NCBI GenBank assembly: GCA_037133055.1
Contig: JBAXOY010000047.1
Location: 1 to 21,573 of the forward strand
Source: Chlamydiota bacterium
GTDB taxonomy: Bacteria; Auribacterota; Tritonobacteria; UBA1439
DNA: 21,573 bases
Reading direction: 5' to 3'
Shown: in pieces, positions 1-8,602 of the stretch
Layout of the letters: every line of letters begins with the position of its first letter
Numbering within the stretch: the stretch's first letter is position 1
Notes under the pieces: model-generated
Told to the model about the DNA's origin: nothing
The model's input: the letters and a program-made list of their open reading frames with translations, nothing else
Databases searched by the model: none
Position numbers and translations under genes: made by a program

Positions 1-572
1 TTCCCGATGATATGCGGGGGCTCCTTCACGTTCACGAGCGGGAGGAGCCCCGTCCGCTCCGCGAGGGCCGCGCGCGAGAGGTGCGGCCCGGGCGCGATGA
101 TCCCGCCGAGGTAGGCCCCGTCTTTCGAGACGCAGTCGAAGGTGATCGCCGTGCCGATGTCCACCACGATCGCCGGGACGCCGTAGAGCTCGCACGCGGC
201 GGCCGCGTTCGCGATGCGGTCGGGGCCGATCTCGTGCGGCTTCTTGTAGTGCAGCCTGACCCCCGCCGGGGTTTTGTGGTTCAGGAATGCGGGGACGATC
301 CCGAAGCGCCAGCAGATCCCGGCGAGCGCCTGATTCAGGCGGGGCACGACGCTCGACACGAGCGTGCCGTCGAGGGCCCCGCGCCCCGGAATGCGCTTCA
401 TGAGCTCGCGGACCCCTTCCGCGAGGAACCGCGGCGCCCCGCTGGGCACGCGGAACTCTTCGACAACCCGCTCCCGGGTGCAGATGCCGAAATGCACGGT
501 GGTGTTCCCCGCGTCGATGACGAGGAAGCGTTGCGCGTGGCGCGACGGCGAACCGGTTGTATGCGCAGGCAT
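1..572 (-). CDS. coaX: Type III pantothenate kinase, 3' end runs off the window (not in the ORF track)
   Basis: Manual minus-strand translation from ATG at 572 gives MPAHTTGSPSRHAQRFLVIDAGNTTVHFG...IGPDRIANAAAA...PAIVVDIGTAITFDCVSKDGAYLGGIIAPG. These are the DxGNT, GxDR and DxGTA motifs. GAGGAG RBS upstream; lies directly downstream of birA. Confidence 0.93.
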   Translation of the reverse strand, partial: MPAHTTGSPSRHAQRFLVIDAGNTTVHFGICTRERVVEEFRVPSGAPRFLAEGVRELMKRIPGRGALDGTLVSSVVPRLNQALAGICWRFGIVPAFLNHKTPAGVRLHYKKPHEIGPDRIANAAAACELYGVPAIVVDIGTAITFDCVSKDGAYLGGIIAPGPHLSRAALAERTGLLPLVNVKEPPHIIG

Positions 573-595
573 TGGGTGTTTCTCCTCTGTTATGC

Positions 596-1585
596 TCACA
601 GCAGCGTCACATCGCCGCCCGTGACGCGTCGGGTCATGCCGGTATCAAGCCGGAGGAGCAGGCATCCGTCGTCATCGAGCCCGGTCGCGATGCCTTCCCA
701 CCGCTCGCCCGAGAGGGACACGACGCGTACCCGCCTCCCGACGGTGTCAGAGGCGTCGAGCCAGCGGTCGATGATCTCCGCGTAGCGCTCCCCGCCGAGC
801 AGCGCGTACTGTGCGTCGAGCGACCGTAGAAATTCCCTGGCGAGCGCCGGCCTGGACACATCCCCTCCGGTCTCGATGCGCAGCGAGGTGGCTGCCGGGA
901 TGCCGGCGAGGTCCTCGGGCACGTGGTTCGCGTTTATCCCGACGCCGACGACGGCGTGGTTGATCCGGTCGGCCTCGGTGGTCAGCTCGGTCAATATGCC
1001 GCACACCTTTCCGCCCCCGATGAGGACGTCGTTCGGCCACTTCACCGAGACCCGGATACCCGGCGCGCACGCCTGTATCGCCTGCTGCGCCGCCACCGCG
1101 GAGCAGAGCGTCAGGAATGACACCCGCGCCGGGGAGAGAGCGGGCCGCAGGATGACCGAGAGATAGATCCCCCTCCGCCTCGGGGAACGCCATTCGCGCC
1201 CCACCCTGCCCCTCCCCGCGGTCTGCTCCTCGACGATGACCACCGTCCCTTCCGGTTCGCCCTGCCGCGCGAGCTTTTCCGCCTCGTCGCTGCTTGACTC
1301 GGCGCGGTCGAAATGCACGATCCTCCGGGCGATCAGGCCGGCGTCGAGCCCGTGCCGGACCACCGCGGGGAGCAGCACGTCCGGCTCGGCCGCCAGGCGA
1401 TACCCGAAATGCGGCTGCGACTCGATCTGGAACCCGATCCGCCTCAGGGCGCTCACGTGATTCCAGACCGCGGTACGGGATATCCCGAGGCGTTGGGCGA
1501 TCTCCTCCCCCGAAACGTATCCCGAGGAGCCCAGCAGGCGCTCGATGATGATACCTTCCCTGTCCTCGCCGGGATGAAAGGTCAT
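596..1585 (-). CDS. birA: Bifunctional biotin--[acetyl-CoA-carboxylase] ligase / biotin repressor
   Basis: N-terminal wHTH (SGEEIAQRLGISRTAVWNHV), QTAGRGR, KWPND and KVCGIL motifs, C-terminal SH3-like segment. ATGA overlap with the nadC stop. Confidence 0.96.
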   Translation of the reverse strand: MTFHPGEDREGIIIERLLGSSGYVSGEEIAQRLGISRTAVWNHVSALRRIGFQIESQPHFGYRLAAEPDVLLPAVVRHGLDAGLIARRIVHFDRAESSSDEAEKLARQGEPEGTVVIVEEQTAGRGRVGREWRSPRRRGIYLSVILRPALSPARVSFLTLCSAVAAQQAIQACAPGIRVSVKWPNDVLIGGGKVCGILTELTTEADRINHAVVGVGINANHVPEDLAGIPAATSLRIETGGDVSRPALAREFLRSLDAQYALLGGERYAEIIDRWLDASDTVGRRVRVVSLSGERWEGIATGLDDDGCLLLRLDTGMTRRVTGGDVTLL

Positions 1586-2436
1586 GCGAGTATCGTGAGG
1601 TTCAGGTCGACCGCCCGCGCCGAGTGGGTCAGCGCGCCGACGGAGATGAACTGGACCCCGGTGCGCGCGATCTCCCGCACGGTGTCGAGGGTCACGCCCC
1701 CCGACGCCTCCGCGACCGCCCTGCCGTCGATGAGCGCAATCGCCTCGCGAATTTCCCCCACGGTCATGTTGTCGAGAAGCACGCAGTCGGCTCCCGCCCT
1801 CACCGCGGCCTCCACCTCATCGAGGCTTCCCGCTTCCACCTCGACGGGCGCGCCGGGGCTCTTTTCACGCGCGAGCGCGACCGCCCGCCCGATGCTGTCC
1901 GCGCTGTAGCGCCCCTGGATGCGGAGGTGGTTGTCCTTGATCAGGATCCGGTCGTAGAGGCCCATCCGGTGATTCGTCCCCCCGCCCGCCGCCACGGCGT
2001 ATTTCTCGATGTGCCGCAGCCCCGGGATCGTTTTCCGGGTGTCGATGATGGTGGCGGATGTGTCCTTCACGAGATCGACGAACCGCCGCGTGAGCGTGGC
2101 GACTCCCGAGAGGTGCTGGAGGAAGTTCAACGCTGCGCGCTCGCCCATGAGGATCGGCCCGGCAGGGCCGGAGACCGTGGCCACCCTGCTTCCGGCGGCG
2201 ACCGCGCTCCCGTCGCGGACGAGCGGCTCGAAATTCACGCGCGGGTCGAGGTGCGCGAACACCGCTTCGGCCACGGGCAGGCCCGCGATGACGAGGCGCT
2301 CCTTGGCGACGATCTCCGCGGTCACCTCTTCGTGGACGGGCACGAGGGCGCGCGTCGTGATGTCGCCGGGGCCGATGTCCTCTTCGAGGGCGCGGGAGAC
2401 GATGTCGTTCACCACGGCCGGGTCGAGCTTTGTCAT
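1582..2436 (-). CDS. nadC: Nicotinate-nucleotide diphosphorylase (quinolinate phosphoribosyltransferase)
   Basis: EDIGPGDITT, ERAALNFLQHLSGVAT, DTRKT, HRMGL, LIKDNH, LLDNM, EASGG, ISVGALTHSA. Start placed at ATG 2436 (GGAGAG upstream) rather than the track's 2484. Confidence 0.96.
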   Translation of the reverse strand: MTKLDPAVVNDIVSRALEEDIGPGDITTRALVPVHEEVTAEIVAKERLVIAGLPVAEAVFAHLDPRVNFEPLVRDGSAVAAGSRVATVSGPAGPILMGERAALNFLQHLSGVATLTRRFVDLVKDTSATIIDTRKTIPGLRHIEKYAVAAGGGTNHRMGLYDRILIKDNHLRIQGRYSADSIGRAVALAREKSPGAPVEVEAGSLDEVEAAVRAGADCVLLDNMTVGEIREAIALIDGRAVAEASGGVTLDTVREIARTGVQFISVGALTHSARAVDLNLTILA

Positions 2437-2503
2437 AAAGGGACTCTCCGATCTGGGCGTTTCATCCCCGGGCGCAGAGAGCATCCCGGATATCGGCGGG
2501 TAA

Positions 2504-2532
2504 ATCTTATCATTTTTCGAGACGCGTTGCCA
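2504..2532 (-). promoter_or_regulatory. Possible sigma70 promoter for nadC-birA-coaX
   Basis: Minus-strand extended -10 TGaTAAGAT (2512-2504) with a weak -35 TGGCAA 17 bp upstream, in an AT-rich patch. Confidence 0.35.
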
Positions 2533-2568
2533 TAGGCCCGACCCGACATAGGCCCGAACAGATGTCGG
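2531..2568. repeat. 11-bp direct repeat plus 7-bp inverted repeat between divergent promoters
   Basis: CATAGGCCCGA at 2531-2541 and 2547-2557; CCGACAT (2543-2549) pairs with ATGTCGG (2562-2568). Confidence 0.6.
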
Positions 2569-2577
2569 ATTGGATAT

Positions 2578-2606
2578 TAGACAAGAGGCATAGGTTCTTT
2601 TATACT
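2578..2606 (+). promoter_or_regulatory. sigma70-type promoter of the amidohydrolase
   Basis: TAGACA (2578-2583), 17-bp spacer, TATACT (2601-2606); each box matches consensus 5/6. Confidence 0.75.
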
Positions 2607-2664
2607 ATCTCCGCATGCGGATGCCGGAGGACCGGCTCCCGGGGCCTCGGCCCGAAAGGAGGAA

Positions 2665-3873
2665 ATGATGAAGTTCGACCTGCTCATCAAAAACGCGCGC
2701 ACCCGATTTTCCAAGGGCAAGGCGCTGGACATCGCCGTCGCGGACGGACGGATCGCGAAGATCGGACAGAAGCTTGGCGGAGAGGCCAAAAAGAAGATCG
2801 ACGCGGGCGGGAAGCTCGTCACCGAGTCGTTCGTCAACGGGCACCTCCATCTCGACAAGGTCTACACCCTCTCGATGGTGGGGATGGACGCCCTTTCCTC
2901 CTACACCGCCGGCGCGATGGGCGGCGCGATGACGGCGATCGAGCAGGCCGCGAGAGTGAAGGCCCACTACAACGAGAAGTGGATCATCGAAAACGTCCGC
3001 AAGGCCGTGAAGCTGGCGATCAAGTTCGGCAACACGCACATCCGCGCGTTCGCGGACACCGACACGAAGGCGAAGCTCGAGGGGGTGAAGGCGCTGCTGA
3101 AAGCACGGGAGGAGTTCAAGGACCAGGTCGAGATCCAGGTGGTCGCCTTTCCCCAGGACGGCGTGGTGCGGGACCCCGGGGCGGAGGATTATGTGAGGCA
3201 GGCGATGGACCTCGGGGCGGACGTCGTCGGCGGCATCCCGTGGATCGAGTACACCGAGGCGGACTCGCAGACGCACGTCAATCTGATGTTCGCGATCGCG
3301 AAGAAGTACAACAAGGACGTTTCGATGCTCGTCGACGACGCCGGCGACCCCGGCCTCCGCACGATCGAGATGCTGATTATGAAAACCCTCGAGATCGGCT
3401 GGCAGGGCCGGGTGACTGCCCAGCACGCCCGGGCCATGGCGCTCTACCCCGAGCCCTACTACCGGAAGATCGAGGCGCTCCTCAAGAAGGCCCAGGTCGG
3501 CGTCGTGAGCGACCCGCAGACCGGGCCGCTCCACGCCAGGGTCCGCGATCTCTATAACGCGGGGGTCGGCATCGCGCTCGGGCAGGACGACATCGCGGAC
3601 GCCTACTACCCGTTCGGCCGGAACAACATGCTGGAGGTGGCATTCCTCGCCGCGCACCTGATGTGGATGACCACGGTCGAGGATATGGATATCCTCTACG
3701 ACCTGATCACCACCAACGCCGCGAGGGCGCTCGGCATCAAGGAGTTCGGCCTCAAGGAGGACAACAAGGCGGACCTGGTGGTCCTGAACGCGGAGGCCGT
3801 CTGGGAGGCGATCTGGAACCACGAGGCCCCGCTCCACGTGATCAAGTCGGGCCGCGAGATCACGCTGAAGTAG
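2665..3873 (+). CDS. Metal-dependent amidohydrolase, cytosine deaminase (CodA)/AtzC-like
   Basis: NGHLHLDK (HxH), VAFPQDG, VVGGIP, TAQHA, GQDDI, YPFG-x-x-NMLEV, ADLVVL. Strong AAGGAGG RBS. Confidence 0.9.
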   Translation: MMKFDLLIKNARTRFSKGKALDIAVADGRIAKIGQKLGGEAKKKIDAGGKLVTESFVNGHLHLDKVYTLSMVGMDALSSYTAGAMGGAMTAIEQAARVKAHYNEKWIIENVRKAVKLAIKFGNTHIRAFADTDTKAKLEGVKALLKAREEFKDQVEIQVVAFPQDGVVRDPGAEDYVRQAMDLGADVVGGIPWIEYTEADSQTHVNLMFAIAKKYNKDVSMLVDDAGDPGLRTIEMLIMKTLEIGWQGRVTAQHARAMALYPEPYYRKIEALLKKAQVGVVSDPQTGPLHARVRDLYNAGVGIALGQDDIADAYYPFGRNNMLEVAFLAAHLMWMTTVEDMDILYDLITTNAARALGIKEFGLKEDNKADLVVLNAEAVWEAIWNHEAPLHVIKSGREITLK

Positions 3874-3909
3874 GCATGCGCCGGGGCACCATGCCCGGGC
3901 CGATTCGCC

Positions 3910-3944
3910 GCGGGGGGACGGCAGCTCCGTCCCCCCCGCTTTTT
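3910..3944 (+). terminator. Intrinsic terminator after the amidohydrolase
   Basis: GCGGGGGGACGG-cagct-CCGTCCCCCCCGC stem (one bulged C) followed by TTTTT. Confidence 0.85.
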
Positions 3945-4055
3945 CTGTACGCGCTACGCGCATCAAGTTGCCCTCCAGGGGAATGGGTCATGGAGGGAGG
4001 TCGGCTCGTCCGCCGGTATGCGGCGACGCGCCGCGCACAAGGTCCATCTATTCTT

Positions 4056-4084
4056 TTTACATCTACACGGATACTCTGTATAAT
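4056..4084 (+). promoter_or_regulatory. sigma70-type promoter of the hybrid kinase
   Basis: TTTACA (4056-4061), 17-bp spacer, TATAAT (4079-4084). Confidence 0.8.
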
Positions 4085-4135
4085 GAAGGCGCGTACGGGG
4101 CGTTGCCAGTCCGCGGCCAGGGAGGGTATCCACCC

Positions 4136-6739
4136 ATGGAAACCCGTGAAACACCTCAACGGCGCGCCTCGTACATCCTCGCTACGACTTTCGTGATCCT
4201 TGCCGCGGGCATCGTTTGCGCGGGGTATTTCTATTACCGGAATTACGAAAAGCACTACCGGGCCGAGGTGGAGCTCCAGATGTCCGCCATCGCGCATTTG
4301 AAAGTGAGCGGACTCGCGCAGTGGCGGAAGGAGCAGATGGAGGACGCTTCTCTCTTCCTGAAGAATGTCTCCTTTTCTTCTCTTGTCCGGCGCTATTTCG
4401 AAAAGCCGGACGACGCCGACGCGCGGCTGCAGATACAATCGTGGGTGGAGAAATTTCTGCAGTCGAAAGATCAGTGTGACGGGATTCGTCTGGTTGATGA
4501 TCGGGGCGTGACCCGCCTCTCTGTCCCTGCCGGACTTCCGCCGTTCTCCCCCACCCTTTCCATGCTTATCCCCGAAGTCCTGGGGTCGAGCCGGGTAAAT
4601 TTCCAGGATTTCTACCGGGATGAACACGACCGGAAGGTCTATCTGGCATGCCTGGTTCCCATCCTTGACGAAACGGGTGGAGGACGGCCCCTGGGTGTTA
4701 TCGTCCTGCGCATAGATCCGGGGATATACCTCTATCCCTACCTGCAGCATTGGCCTACCTACAGCCGGACGGCCGAAACACTCCTCGTCCGCCGGAAGGG
4801 GAGTGACGTGCTTTTTCTGAACGAGCTCAGGTTCCAGAAGGACACCGCCCTTATCCTTCGCATTTCGATGGAGAGGAGAGATCTGCCCTCCGTGATGGCG
4901 GCGCTGGGGCGGGAAGGGATCGTGGAGGGCAGGGACTACCGCGGCATCCCGGCGATCGCCTACTTGAGCCCCATCCCGGGTTCTCCATGGTTCCTTGTCG
5001 CACGCATGGATCTCGCGGAAGTGTACGCGCCATGGCGCGAAAGACTGTGGATCATCATCTCTTTTGTCGGCGCCCTTCTCGTCGGCGCGGGCGCGGTCGT
5101 GGCTTTGATCTTGAGGCAGCAGAGTGTCCGTTCCTATAAGACGCGGCTTGAGGCGGCCGCGGCGCTGCGGGAGAGCCACGAGCGTTTCCTTCTGGTGTGC
5201 CGCGCCACGCACGACGTGGTGTGGGACTGGGATCTCCATACCGACGCCCTCTGGTGGAACGAGAATTTTCAGTCTCTTTTCGGATACCCGATCGAGGAGA
5301 TCGAGCCGGGGATCAAGTCATGGAAGAACCGGATCCACCCCGACGACGGGGGCCGCGTCACGGCCGGCATCCACGCGGCCATCAACGGGGGAGAGACGCT
5401 CTGGTCCGACCAGTACCGTTTCCGCCGCTATGACGGATCCTATGCGGAGATATATGACCGGGGCTACGTCCAGCGGGAGGCGAACGGCAACGCCGTTCGG
5501 ATGATCGGCACCATGCAGGACATCACCGAGCGAAAGCGCGTCGAGGAGAAGGAGAGGGAGATGGAGCGGCGGCTCCTGCACGCGCAGAAGCTTGAGAGCC
5601 TCGGGGTGCTGGCGGGGGGCATCGCGCACGACTTCAACAACCTCCTCACGGCCATTCTGGGCAACATGGATCTGGCCCTGGACGATCTCTCCCCCGTCTC
5701 GCCGGCCCGCCGAAACATTGAGGACGCCATCAACGCCACCAAGCGCGCGGAGGCCCTCACGCGCCAGATGCTCGCCTATTCGGGGAAGGGGCGGTTCATC
5801 ATCGCCGACCTTGATCTGAGCGAGCTGGTGGAGGAGAACGCCCACCTCCTGAAATCGGCCCTCTCCAAGAGCACGACCCTGAATCTCCGCCTGGGCAGGG
5901 GACTTCCCCCCATATCGGCCGACGCGGGGCAGATCCAGCAGGTGGTGATGAACCTTATCACCAACGCCTCGGAGTCGCTGGGGGAACAGGCCGGCATCGT
6001 GGCCCTGTCGACGGGGGTGCTGGACTGCGACGATGAAGCATACCTGATCCGAAGCCGGATCGAGAAAAAGCCCGCCCCGGGCCGGTACGTATTCCTTGAT
6101 GTGACCGACACGGGGTGCGGGATGGACGAGGAGACGAAGGGGCGGCTCTTCGACCCGTTCTTCACGACCAAGTTCACGGGGCGGGGGCTTGGCATGTCGG
6201 CGGTGCTGGGGATCGTGCGGGGGCACGAGGGCGCCATCATGGTGGAGAGCGAGGTCGGGAAGGGCACCACCGTCCGGGTGCTTTTCCCCGTTTCCAAAAC
6301 GGCGCCCGCGGGGCGGGGACCTAAGGAGAAAGCCGTGAAGGGCCGGATGCGCGACGCCGGGATGCCTCCCCTCTCCGGCACGGTCCTGATCATCGACGAC
6401 GAGGAGATGGTGCGCAGGCCGTGCGCGGCGATGGTCGAGCACGCCGGCTACCTGACCCTCACGGCGGCGTCAGGGGACAAGGCGGCGGCGCTTTTGCGGG
6501 ACCACGCGGACGAGATTGTCTGCGTGATCCTCGACCTGACCATGCCGGGGATGGACGGCGTGGCGACGTTCGAGGCGCTGCGGAGGATCAAGCCGGACGT
6601 GAAGGTGATCCTCTCGAGCGGCTACAACGAGCAGGAGGCGACACAACGGTTCCCGGGGCATGTGCTGGCTGGGTTCATCAAGAAACCGTACGAGATGGCG
6701 GCCCTCCTCGCGGAACTGGGCCGGGTGGCGGCGATGTAG
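4136..6739 (+). CDS. Membrane hybrid sensor histidine kinase (TM - Cache-like periplasmic domain - TM - PAS - HisKA - HATPase - REC)
   Basis: Two hydrophobic helices flank a periplasmic region ending DYRG...W.LVARMD. PAS (VWDWD...RIHPDD...QDITERK), H-box GGIAHDFNNLL, N-box NLITNA, DTGCGM, FDPFFTTK, GRGLG; receiver IDDE...LDLTMPGMDG...KPY. Start moved to ATG 4136 (GGAGGG RBS, downstream of the promoter). Confidence 0.93.
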   Translation: METRETPQRRASYILATTFVILAAGIVCAGYFYYRNYEKHYRAEVELQMSAIAHLKVSGLAQWRKEQMEDASLFLKNVSFSSLVRRYFEKPDDADARLQIQSWVEKFLQSKDQCDGIRLVDDRGVTRLSVPAGLPPFSPTLSMLIPEVLGSSRVNFQDFYRDEHDRKVYLACLVPILDETGGGRPLGVIVLRIDPGIYLYPYLQHWPTYSRTAETLLVRRKGSDVLFLNELRFQKDTALILRISMERRDLPSVMAALGREGIVEGRDYRGIPAIAYLSPIPGSPWFLVARMDLAEVYAPWRERLWIIISFVGALLVGAGAVVALILRQQSVRSYKTRLEAAAALRESHERFLLVCRATHDVVWDWDLHTDALWWNENFQSLFGYPIEEIEPGIKSWKNRIHPDDGGRVTAGIHAAINGGETLWSDQYRFRRYDGSYAEIYDRGYVQREANGNAVRMIGTMQDITERKRVEEKEREMERRLLHAQKLESLGVLAGGIAHDFNNLLTAILGNMDLALDDLSPVSPARRNIEDAINATKRAEALTRQMLAYSGKGRFIIADLDLSELVEENAHLLKSALSKSTTLNLRLGRGLPPISADAGQIQQVVMNLITNASESLGEQAGIVALSTGVLDCDDEAYLIRSRIEKKPAPGRYVFLDVTDTGCGMDEETKGRLFDPFFTTKFTGRGLGMSAVLGIVRGHEGAIMVESEVGKGTTVRVLFPVSKTAPAGRGPKEKAVKGRMRDAGMPPLSGTVLIIDDEEMVRRPCAAMVEHAGYLTLTAASGDKAAALLRDHADEIVCVILDLTMPGMDGVATFEALRRIKPDVKVILSSGYNEQEATQRFPGHVLAGFIKKPYEMAALLAELGRVAAM

Positions 6740-6872
6740 GCCCCGCGGCTTCGCGCGGCGATGATGGGACAGCTATGGAATACGATTACGCGACACCTCA
6801 GGGCCGGACTTCGGCTATTGACAGAAGTTACCCAGAGCCCCGGGCGATAGATGATGCCAGAGAAGAGATGCA

Positions 6873-8339
6873 ATGGCGCTGAAAAATACGGCAGCAACCA
6901 TACTTCGACTAATGCTCTTGTTCCTCGGCACTGCCATTATTGTCGCCATGCTTATAATTACGCCCAGACGCTATGGTGATGGGATGGAATATTTTATGAT
7001 GACTGAATCCCTCTTCAATCACCTTACTCCTGAAGCGCAACGTACTGATATCGTTTCATTAACACGCTTACAGCAGAAATACCCTATTTCACATTTAGCC
7101 AATGCGGTGAGCGGCTATTTCAGGATTAGCGACAATAGATCTTATTGCTATCACTTTTGGCTTTACCCCCTTTTTGCACTTCCAGCCAAATCAATTTTGC
7201 ATGTTTTTCGCCTTGATGAGTGGAAAGCATTACAGATAACCAATTCGTTGCTTTTGGTTTTTGCCCTCTGCAATTTCGCAATAATCGCCAATTTGAGTGA
7301 TTCGCAGAAACTGCAGTTCAGCTTGCTCGCACTATTTTGCCCGGCATTCTGGTTCCTGCGATGGCCTCACCCGGAGATATTTTCTTATTCATTTGTAATT
7401 ATCTCTCTTGCATACATGAGCAAATCCAATTGGCAACTTGCCACTTTGAGCGCAGCAATTGCATCCGTTCAAAATCAACCTCTTGTCATATTGGTCGTTT
7501 TTCTTTGGATAAAAGGGGTGCTATACACAAGGGGCCATTGGAAATATCTTCTCGTTCTATCACTCGCAGCAGCACCGGTGTTTGCGCCTGCATTTTTTTA
7601 TCGCACTACCAGTGGGACCTGCAGTGTTCTCCTCCACACGGCGGCGAGTGCCGGCAATATCTCACCATACAAAACCTCGGAGCTATTCTTTGACCTGAAT
7701 ATCGGGATGTTACCCTATATTCCGTTTACACTTTTGCTTGCAGCATGGAGTATCGGGCGGGATATTATGGTTAAAAAGAGAATAACATTAAATCTGCAAC
7801 TGATACTCATAGTAGTAATTATGATGGCGCTGTGTACAGCAACTTTAAACTGGAATCATGGCACTTCAGGCCCTTCACGTTATGTCATATGGATGCTGCC
7901 GCTGGTCTTTTTTATCGTAGTAGCACAGAATACCTCCGCCTTCACATCCGCACCATCGAGAATACTATATGCTTCGCTCTTGTGGTTAGCCATAGCCATG
8001 CAAATGATACTAGTGTGTTGCGGGGGAGGCTTCAGACCTGAAGAGACCCATGGTCACCATTCCTATCTGGCGCGGTTTATACTGAATCACGTTCCCGCCC
8101 TCTATAACCCCAGCGAAGAAATATTTATAGAAAGGACTGTTCAACACGAAGGTCCTTACGTTGGCCCTGTTATCTATCGTTATCGAGGCCTGTGCAGAAA
8201 AGCGCTCATAAAAGGGAAGGACAGCCAGCAGCTTGCTCAATCATGCGATTGTGTGCCAGATTCTTATAAGGAATATTTAGCCGACGTAACTCACGCAGAG
8301 AATTTTATCTACATAGATTATCCGGTTCTGCCCCCTTAA
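6873..8339 (+). CDS. Low-GC polytopic membrane protein, possibly a GT-C-fold glycosyltransferase
   Basis: 488-aa ORF with ~10 or more hydrophobic segments. GDGxEY lies in the loop after the first TM, with HPE and SRY motifs later. Two sample 60-mers are 38-40% GC versus ~70% in the backbone. The ORF is secure; the function is inferred. Confidence 0.7.
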   Translation: MALKNTAATILRLMLLFLGTAIIVAMLIITPRRYGDGMEYFMMTESLFNHLTPEAQRTDIVSLTRLQQKYPISHLANAVSGYFRISDNRSYCYHFWLYPLFALPAKSILHVFRLDEWKALQITNSLLLVFALCNFAIIANLSDSQKLQFSLLALFCPAFWFLRWPHPEIFSYSFVIISLAYMSKSNWQLATLSAAIASVQNQPLVILVVFLWIKGVLYTRGHWKYLLVLSLAAAPVFAPAFFYRTTSGTCSVLLHTAASAGNISPYKTSELFFDLNIGMLPYIPFTLLLAAWSIGRDIMVKKRITLNLQLILIVVIMMALCTATLNWNHGTSGPSRYVIWMLPLVFFIVVAQNTSAFTSAPSRILYASLLWLAIAMQMILVCCGGGFRPEETHGHHSYLARFILNHVPALYNPSEEIFIERTVQHEGPYVGPVIYRYRGLCRKALIKGKDSQQLAQSCDCVPDSYKEYLADVTHAENFIYIDYPVLPP

Positions 8340-8602
8340 TGCTGCCGCATGTATCATTTGATTTCATGGCGTGTTGCATTCGACTTCCTCCTCGCATACA
8401 GCATCTCACCCGTAAGAATCCACGATTGTGGAAGAAAGACCCCCCTACGCCGGTCTTCATTTCAAACAGGTGGGGGAAAAGCGGGACATCTTCTCAATCC
8501 AGGATAGGCCTCGACTGGAGGGCCCTTGGCGTTAAAGAAGGCGATATGGGGTGATCTGGTTCCGGGTATGTTCCCACGCAGATCATGAGAGGCTGATTCG
8601 GA

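Noticed and set aside
12..785. 257-aa plus-strand ORF
   Set aside because: Antisense shadow of coaX/birA with no motifs; the minus strand carries clear type III PanK motifs.
2437..2503. NAD-related riboswitch in the nadC leader
   Set aside because: Only short GC-rich hairpins expected by chance; I cannot match a known consensus by eye. An Rfam/Infernal scan would be decisive.
3971..3997. Inverted repeat CCCTCCA/TGGAGGG between the terminator and the kinase promoter
   Set aside because: A 7-bp stem with a 13-nt loop in GC-rich DNA, single copy; not distinguishable from chance.
3968..4135. N-terminal extension of the hybrid kinase in the ORF track
   Set aside because: It overlaps the consensus promoter; ATG 4136 has an RBS and precedes TM1. 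The track's extensions of nadC, cimA, hom and the second kinase were trimmed for similar reasons.
6818..6850. Perfect TTGACA upstream of the low-GC gene as a sigma70 promoter
   Set aside because: No credible -10 hexamer at 16-18 bp spacing.
8339..8554. 71-aa ORF overlapping the stop of the membrane-protein gene
   Set aside because: No RBS or recognisable motif; cannot be supported without homology or expression data.
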